Origin: an uncultured Lachnospiraceae bacterium
GTDB taxonomy: Bacteria > Bacillota > Clostridia > Lachnospirales > Lachnospiraceae
Reading direction: 5' to 3'
Assembly: GCA_902785985.1 (NCBI GenBank)
Contig: CADABA010000001.1
Location: forward strand, 425 to 64,424
Length of the DNA: 64,000 nucleotides
The position numbers and the translations under genes are program-made. The notes beneath the pieces were generated by a model. That model was not told the DNA's origin. It made no database searches and saw nothing but the letters and a program-made list of their open reading frames with translations. Positions 58,244 to 64,000 of the stretch are shown here, in pieces (position 1 is the first letter of the stretch; each line of letters starts with the position of its first letter).

Positions 58244-58384
58244 TCATTTCTTCTTGCTCTTCGTGTCGGTCTGCTTTCCGGCTTTGCCTGCCTTCTTGCT
58301 GTCCTCCCACTTCTTAGCGGCTTTTCTCATGTCCGCATTGAAATAACTTGCCGGTTCCTTGTATCCGACTTTCTTTCCTGCCAT
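58244..58384 (-). CDS. Small Lys-rich peptide, 46 aa (not in the ORF track)
   Basis: MAGKKVGYKEPASYFNADMRKAAKKWEDSKKAGKAGKQTDTKSKKK; AAAGGAG RBS. Confidence 0.72.
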   Translation of the reverse strand: MAGKKVGYKEPASYFNADMRKAAKKWEDSKKAGKAGKQTDTKSKKK

Positions 58385-58404
58385 AACGCGCTCCTTTTCT
58401 CAGC

Positions 58405-59058
58405 TTACTGGTATTTCTGAAGCTGCTTTATGATGGCCTTGCTCTGTGCGCTGGCCTTTTCCCCGTTACAGTAATAATCCGCGACCGCCTCAGCCACACA
58501 TTCCGCATAGCTCTCCTGCGCATAGCCGGATATCTTGCCCGCCCATGCTTTCGTGCCGCCGGTTCCTTTCATTGCCTTGTATGCAGCATCCACGATCTTC
58601 TGTGACGCGGTATCCAGATCTGGAACGCCCATCTTCTTAGCGATGTGATCCGTCAGGGCATGGCCCATCTCATGAAAAGCCACCGCCTCGGTTCCGGTCT
58701 TATTGCCCCTGCTCGGATGGTATCCGCTCTTTGTGGCCGCGTCATAGACCTGGTTCATCTTGTCGATATCGGTATAATTCTGGTTCAGCGCAAGGGTTTT
58801 ACTGGACGGATCCCAGTATCCCAGTGTGCTTACCTTGTCAGCCCCGCCCAGCTCTGCAGCAAAGACCTGGTTGACCGTTTCCATGATATCCTTGTAATCA
58901 TTCTGCATGATGGAAACACTGGTATTGATGGCATCAACGAAATCCGCGTTATCGCTATTGTGCCGGTACGTCCATACGTCCGTCTCACTAACTATGTTTA
59001 CACTGCCGCCACTGCCTTTACCCAGCGATTCCCCTAAACCTGAACTTCCCTTTGCCAT
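58405..59058 (-). CDS. Zincin-like metallopeptidase with MAKGSSG leader
   Basis: FHEMGHA and ISGYAQESYAECVAEA. Confidence 0.75.
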   Translation of the reverse strand: MAKGSSGLGESLGKGSGGSVNIVSETDVWTYRHNSDNADFVDAINTSVSIMQNDYKDIMETVNQVFAAELGGADKVSTLGYWDPSSKTLALNQNYTDIDKMNQVYDAATKSGYHPSRGNKTGTEAVAFHEMGHALTDHIAKKMGVPDLDTASQKIVDAAYKAMKGTGGTKAWAGKISGYAQESYAECVAEAVADYYCNGEKASAQSKAIIKQLQKYQ

Positions 59059-59082
59059 TATCTTACCTCTTTCCAGCGCATA

Positions 59083-59114
59083 AGAAAACCCTCTGCCTTA
59101 ATCTGGTAGAGGGC
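59083..59114 (-). terminator. Terminator closing cassette 2
   Basis: CCCTCTACC-AGATTAA-GGCAGAGGG-TTTTCTT. Confidence 0.7.
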
Positions 59115-59276
59115 TTATCTCTTCTTTCCTGAACGCTTTACAGTTTTGGGTTTCTGCTGTTTCTTGTTGTACGCATCAACGACCTTTTTCTTCGCCGCAT
59201 CCGGCTTTGAGACATCCAGCCCGTAGCCGTCAGATGTGAACCTGTCAAAATCGCCCCTGTCTTTTTTTGTTGCCAT
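59115..59276 (-). CDS. Small Lys-rich peptide, 53 aa (not in the ORF track)
   Basis: MATKKDRGDFDRFTSDGYGLDVSKPDAAKKKVVDAYNKKQQKPKTVKRSGKKR; AGGAGG RBS. Confidence 0.72.
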   Translation of the reverse strand: MATKKDRGDFDRFTSDGYGLDVSKPDAAKKKVVDAYNKKQQKPKTVKRSGKKR

Positions 59277-59286
59277 AGTTTGCCTC

Positions 59287-60156
59287 CTACTGTTTGTGGA
59301 CTCTCACCACGATCTCGATTTGATTGAGTGACATATTATGATCAATATAGCTGCCTTTTGGATGCGCTTTCGCCCCTGACAGCTTTACGTCCACGATCTC
59401 ATAATTCTTATTGCCTGCCTTACTCGGACCCATGATAATCTCACCCAGATCATTTTTCTTGCCAATGTAAGGATCCGACTTCGATGAAATACCCGGCATC
59501 ATGGATTGAACGTTTGCATCGACCTGGTAAGATACCTTCACGAATCTTTGCATGAACGCCTTTTTATTCCACTTGCTGCCGTCCCCCAATGCATTCTTGA
59601 AATTGTTATATGAACCAGAAACAAATTTGTTTTCGCCATACGTCACGCCCTGGAGGATTGATTTCAGTTCTGACACCGACATTTTTGTAGCATCCGGATT
59701 ATTGATCCCCTGACTCGCAAGGATCGCATTCAGGAATCCCGCATGATCATACCGCGTCAGATTGATATTGTACCCCGTATTATGCAGCGCACTGTTAAGG
59801 GACTTCAGCATTGTCTCCTGCGCCTGACTCATTGGCAAGCCCTGAGACATCGCCCAGTTCAAATCCTGTGACGGGCTGTGTAGTCCATCCGCCGCCGGAT
59901 TCGCATACGACCCTTCCACCTCCGGATCCGTATAGGTCTCTGCCGCGTTCTTCTGGTCCAGGGTTAAATCCTGCTGCTCATAGTACGCTTTGCCACCATA
60001 CAAATCATGGTAGTCCGAATCATCGTGACTCTTGAATCCCTTTTTGTCGGTCTCAGGTTCTTCCGGTTCCTGCGGCTGTACCTTGACTTCCGGCTCTTGT
60101 GCATCGGGAGGCGTGGCCGCGGTAATTGTGGTAAGTCCTGAATTTCCTTTAGCCAT
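59287..60156 (-). CDS. Putative divergent ADP-ribosyltransferase with MAKGNSG leader
   Basis: R-S-E-like spacing: NLTRYD...FVSGSY...LGEII. Confidence 0.5.
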   Translation of the reverse strand: MAKGNSGLTTITAATPPDAQEPEVKVQPQEPEEPETDKKGFKSHDDSDYHDLYGGKAYYEQQDLTLDQKNAAETYTDPEVEGSYANPAADGLHSPSQDLNWAMSQGLPMSQAQETMLKSLNSALHNTGYNINLTRYDHAGFLNAILASQGINNPDATKMSVSELKSILQGVTYGENKFVSGSYNNFKNALGDGSKWNKKAFMQRFVKVSYQVDANVQSMMPGISSKSDPYIGKKNDLGEIIMGPSKAGNKNYEIVDVKLSGAKAHPKGSYIDHNMSLNQIEIVVRVHKQ

Positions 60157-60174
60157 CATTATACCTCTCTGCAA

Positions 60175-60212
60175 AACAAAAGCAACGATGACCGATTGAT
60201 CACCGTTGCTTT
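60175..60212 (-). terminator. Terminator closing cassette 1
   Basis: AAAGCAACGGTGA...TCATCGTTGCTTT-TGTTTT. Confidence 0.7.
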
Positions 60213-60235
60213 CAAATTTCTATTCTGTTTTCAGG

Positions 60236-60364
60236 TTATTTCTTCTTGCCGCCCTTTGTTCCGCTCTGCTTTTTCGGCGGGTACAGCTTTGTCAGACCTG
60301 CGACATTTGCCGCGTTCTTAGCGTCCCTTAATTCCTGTGTGCTTTTGTCCTTTTTCGCCGCCAT
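60236..60364 (-). CDS. Small Lys-rich peptide, 42 aa (not in the ORF track)
   Basis: MAAKKDKSTQELRDAKNAANVAGLTKLYPPKKQSGTKGGKKK; AAGGAGG RBS. Confidence 0.72.
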   Translation of the reverse strand: MAAKKDKSTQELRDAKNAANVAGLTKLYPPKKQSGTKGGKKK

Positions 60365-60376
60365 GTGTTTGCCTCC

Positions 60377-61036
60377 TTACTTTTTCTTGCCACCCTTTAA
60401 CGGAAGTGAATCGTCAACCTCGATGAAGTATTCGTTTCCCGCTTTGTTTGTATGATACCCCGTAATCTTGATACCCGCAAGCATCTGTTTTGCAGAGTGC
60501 AGGACCTCATTCTCACTGGTACATTCTGAAATATGCTTGAACGGCATTCCCGTTGTCTTGCCGTGGTTCGTGATGAGAATATGTATCTCACCGGGCTTAT
60601 TATACCCGAAATGACCGAAGCTCATAGCCGTGGATTTTGTCGCTGAAAACGACGAAACCCCAGGCTCTTTCCATACGCCGGTTTTGATGATATCCTCGAT
60701 CCACGCCTTCGGATCCTGACCGCCTAAATCAGACTGTGATACGTGAATGCCCCTGTACTGTGTTTTCGCGTATACCGGAGCTTTCGGATCCTCGATCATC
60801 GCATCAATCAGGGCCGTCTCTTTCGGGCTTTTCCCATTATGGATTTTGCTGTATCCGCTCAGGGAATAATTCTCTGCCGCCGCTATTGTGGCCTGTGCTT
60901 CCTGCTCCGTCAATGTTTTGGAATGATGGTCTTTCAACCAATCAACCTTTTCCTGTGTGTCCATGTATGGCTTATAATGGTCAATGTCGCTCACTATGGG
61001 ATGACTTACGATCCCACCTGATCCACCCTTTGCCAT
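60377..61036 (-). CDS. Putative ADP-ribosyltransferase (VIP2/C2-like R-S-E class) with MAKGGSG leader
   Basis: QYRGI...VSSFS...SENEVL. Confidence 0.68.
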   Translation of the reverse strand: MAKGGSGGIVSHPIVSDIDHYKPYMDTQEKVDWLKDHHSKTLTEQEAQATIAAAENYSLSGYSKIHNGKSPKETALIDAMIEDPKAPVYAKTQYRGIHVSQSDLGGQDPKAWIEDIIKTGVWKEPGVSSFSATKSTAMSFGHFGYNKPGEIHILITNHGKTTGMPFKHISECTSENEVLHSAKQMLAGIKITGYHTNKAGNEYFIEVDDSLPLKGGKKK

Positions 61037-61038
61037 TG

Positions 61039-61674
61039 TCATCCCTCCTCGCGCCACTTATCTACGAATGACGGGATCTCAAAGATCCGACCCCGTTCTG
61101 ATTCCAATTCTTCCGGCACTTTGCCTTTCCAGATGATCTTCGTCGGATTGATCCGCTTGATCATTTCCTCATAGCCGGTCAATAGCCAGTTTTTCAGCTC
61201 CTCATTCCTCAGCATCCCGACCGATGACATCGCCACAACGCTGTTATGCGGTTCCCCGTCAAAACACCATTCCAGTGTGTCCGGACTGCTCCATGTAATC
61301 GTCGGAATAACTGTCATCCCGTGCATCTGCCAGTACGCGCCCAGCCAATGTTTACGGTAATGGTTATAGAGCTGTATCGCCTTCGGGAAGTCCGAATACG
61401 GCGAAAAGTCCGGAGTGCAAACCGCCTGAAAACGACTCAGCATATCCAGGTAGACATCCGGCTGTTTCCATACCCGCTCAAACTGGTAATCGTCCACGAA
61501 GAAATGAATCCCGTGTATTTCCGGTTCCTCGCACCCTTTGGCGAAATTCCAGCCGATCCAGTTCTCACAAGGGCATTCCTCTGTTCGTCCCAGTATCGGG
61601 ATCCCGTATTCACCCTCACCCTCAAAATAGGCTTTCTGTAAATTTTCGTAATTCCGTTGCTGTCTGTATGACAT
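61039..61674 (-). CDS. DUF4417-family protein
   Basis: IHFFVDDYQFERVW...TPDFSPY...YNHYR...GMTVIPTITW...FDG...VAMSSVG. Confidence 0.85.
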   Translation of the reverse strand: MSYRQQRNYENLQKAYFEGEGEYGIPILGRTEECPCENWIGWNFAKGCEEPEIHGIHFFVDDYQFERVWKQPDVYLDMLSRFQAVCTPDFSPYSDFPKAIQLYNHYRKHWLGAYWQMHGMTVIPTITWSSPDTLEWCFDGEPHNSVVAMSSVGMLRNEELKNWLLTGYEEMIKRINPTKIIWKGKVPEELESERGRIFEIPSFVDKWREEG

Positions 61675-61835
61675 CGCCTCACCTCCATGTAAAAAGCCCC
61701 CGACGCATGGATCCCACGCGCCGAAGGCTTTTCTTGAAATTCTGCATAAGCATCATGACGGGCAATAATGCCAACCGGGGCGGAGGCAACTCCCCACATC
61801 ATGTTGCAAGAATTCCATCATAATGATATCACCGA

Positions 61836-62315
61836 TCAAACCGGACATTCCGTGACAAGATTTGCATTTTCCGTACTTTTCAGGTATCTGTTGCACCTTT
61901 TCCGCACCGATTCCCCCGAATTTTCGCCGCCCATGCAGGCCGCGACCTGTTCCCATGGGAGACAATCCGCAAACCGGTATTCAAATATCTGTCGTGTGAT
62001 GCTGTCCGGGATATCCGCAATATACCTTTCCAGGCGGTTCCGCTCATGGATACACTCTATCTGTTTGGCGTGAATAATCGCTTTCAGATCCACAATCTCA
62101 GCAGCCAGCTGTTCAACCCTGCTTTTCGCCGGTCCCTTGCCGTGTGGCATATCGTCAATGATCACAGGGCTGCAACCTCTTTGATATTCCAGCTCCTCCA
62201 ACTTTCTCTGACAGTTTTCTATTTCCCTGTTAAGGTAATAAAGCTGTGATAATTCTTTTGTTGTCAATTCCAATACCTCCCCTTTGTATGAACCCCGGAC
62301 ATCTTTGGATTCCAT
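61836..62315 (-). CDS. Late transcriptional activator (ArpU/RinA-like, sigma region-4 HTH)
   Basis: ELSQLYYLNREI...RQIFEYRF...WEQVA...SVRKRCNRYL; last gene before the late operon. Confidence 0.75.
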   Translation of the reverse strand: MESKDVRGSYKGEVLELTTKELSQLYYLNREIENCQRKLEELEYQRGCSPVIIDDMPHGKGPAKSRVEQLAAEIVDLKAIIHAKQIECIHERNRLERYIADIPDSITRQIFEYRFADCLPWEQVAACMGGENSGESVRKRCNRYLKSTENANLVTECPV

Positions 62316-62472
62316 CGCCTTTCACGCACATGACGGATGCCGTGATGTCCGCTTTATTCTTTGCCATGTTCCCCAGGGCGGCTCCCCGCCACAGGCAAGT
62401 TCGGCAAGTATTTTTCCGTCCGCATCTCAGGCACTCACAGATCCGCACGCACATGATTAAAACCTCACTTTC

Positions 62473-63493
62473 TCATCGTCCGTCATCGGTCATTTGCTCG
62501 ATCTCGTCAGCTACACGCCGAAGCAGCTTTTCAAACTCGTTCCCGGCTGTCAGCATCTTTGACCCGCATACCTCCATCACAAAATGCTTGTCCGATCCCT
62601 TTGCCAGCCTCAGCAAATCGCGACCGGAATTCCTCAGATCGTCGGCCATCTCAAAATATTTTCTCAGCTCATCAACGCTCATTTTTCTACCCTCGGATGG
62701 TATGTCCGGTTTTCGTGGTACTTCTCAGCCTTCCGGACCTTACCCAAAATCTGTGTGAGCTGATCCACCGCTTTTTTGTTCGCCGGTATGTTCAGGAACT
62801 CAATCAGCGGCTCCAGCTCCTCTATGGTGTCTTTGCTTTCGCGCCGTGTGATCCGGCTTGCCCGCATCCGCGTCGCTATCTTGCTGCGCTCTTCGGCGTG
62901 TGGCTCAAACTCTATAGCGTGTAAGAAGTCCTGTGTCCGTTTGTTTTCTGTCTCCATGACTTCCAGCGCCATCTTATATCTGACCTCGCACCCCCTGATA
63001 AAATCCAGGAAGCCTTTTATTTCCTCAGATGCCTTCATCTATCCGCGCCCGTCTTTCATCAATCAGTTTTTGGATCCTCGTTATCCCTGTCTTATCCCGG
63101 ACCATCGCCCTTATGACTGCCTCTTTGCGCCTCTTTTGAGCTGTACAGGGCTTAGAACAATATTTCTGCCGCCTGCACTTTCCGCAATTCCCATCTGTCA
63201 GCCATCTTTCGTTGTCTGCCGGTTTCATCTCGATTGCCATGTTCTACCTCCTATACCCTCAGAATCTCAGTGCGTTCACCGCAATACGGACACTCGCCGT
63301 AATAGATCGACGTGCCGCCCGCGTTTACAGGCTCCGTCCGATCCGTAATCGTGTACGCATACATCAGACTGCATTTCTCGCACTTTGCTACGACTGTTCC
63401 TGCACCTGCCCGACTTTCCAACTGCCTCTCATACTCGCGAACCTTCTCCATCGCAAGAATGTAATCCCTCAGTCCGATCTTTCTGCTACCCAT
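62473..63493 (-). CDS. Cluster of small hypothetical genes (62473-62682, 62679-63038, 63025-63240, 63251-63493)
   Basis: Overlapping co-oriented ORFs, some Cys-rich. Confidence 0.55.
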
Positions 63494-63502
63494 GATCCCA
63501 CC

Positions 63503-63850
63503 TCACACCAGGCACAACGCCTGATAGACTTCAAGGATCTTCGGGAACTGGATTGCGAACCAGTCAACCATCTCCTCATTCATCGCCCAGTTTTCAGACT
63601 CACGGGAACATCCCTCCAAGCCGCTTTCAAACAGGAACGCATGAATGATCTCATGCCGCATGACGGTTTTCCGGTAACTGCTCAAATCCTGCTTTACCAG
63701 CGGATCCATATTGTCCAGCATCTTTTCCACAACGATTGTGCGCGTGCTTGAATCCGAATAGCCATCACACCCTACCAGACCGGGATATTCCTCCTCCGTC
63801 CCCTCTTTGATCGTCCACGTTGCGCCTAAAATGTTTACCTGTACTGTCAT
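63503..63850 (-). CDS. Small HExxH metallopeptidase-like phage protein
   Basis: RHEIIHAFLFESGL...NEEMVDWFAIQ. Confidence 0.7.
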   Translation of the reverse strand: MTVQVNILGATWTIKEGTEEEYPGLVGCDGYSDSSTRTIVVEKMLDNMDPLVKQDLSSYRKTVMRHEIIHAFLFESGLEGCSRESENWAMNEEMVDWFAIQFPKILEVYQALCLV

Positions 63851-64000
63851 TTCTTCACCTCATAAATGTTTGCTGCGTTCGCCGGTATCACATCAAGCTC
63901 CATCGCCTCATTCCACCGCCGTATAAGTTTCCGTCTCGCTTTGTCCCTGTATTCAATCGCGGATCCTCTTGTAATCCGGATGCACAAATTCCGATTGCAC

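Larger units (their letters stand above)
1..64000. mobile_element. Temperate siphophage genome, near-complete and circularly permuted (excised form)
   Basis: Replication, lysogeny, lysis, tail, head and terminase modules all present; phage-type genes run to both window edges; integrase and att-like site are internal. Confidence 0.93.

Overview
The window looks like a nearly complete, circularly permuted temperate siphophage genome of a Firmicute host (Lachnospiraceae/Clostridiales-like; inferred from gene content). No host genes are visible, and the integrase carries an intact attP-like inverted repeat mid-window, so this is probably the excised form. Almost all genes are on the minus strand. 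Modules: replication and nucleotide metabolism (SNF2 helicase, VRR-NUC, primase-VapE helicase, PolA, SSB, NrdDG, ThyX, three DNA methyltransferases); a non-coding cluster with tRNA-Met and tRNA-like RNAs; a CI/ImmA/serine-integrase switch; repressor-controlled early accessory genes; lysis; a diversity-generating retroelement (16 of 16 TR/VR mismatches at adenines, no avd seen); tail, head and packaging genes. Two observations stand out as possibly undescribed. (1) A DUF4417-like gene is followed by three identically built cassettes, each an effector starting MAKGxSG (two ADP-ribosyltransferase-like, one HExxH peptidase), a small unannotated Lys-rich peptide and a terminator. (2) The heptamer GTGTAGC occurs about 37 times on one strand and once on the other, roughly every 1-2 kb, independent of reading frame or coding strand. 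All counts and family assignments were made by eye and need computational confirmation.
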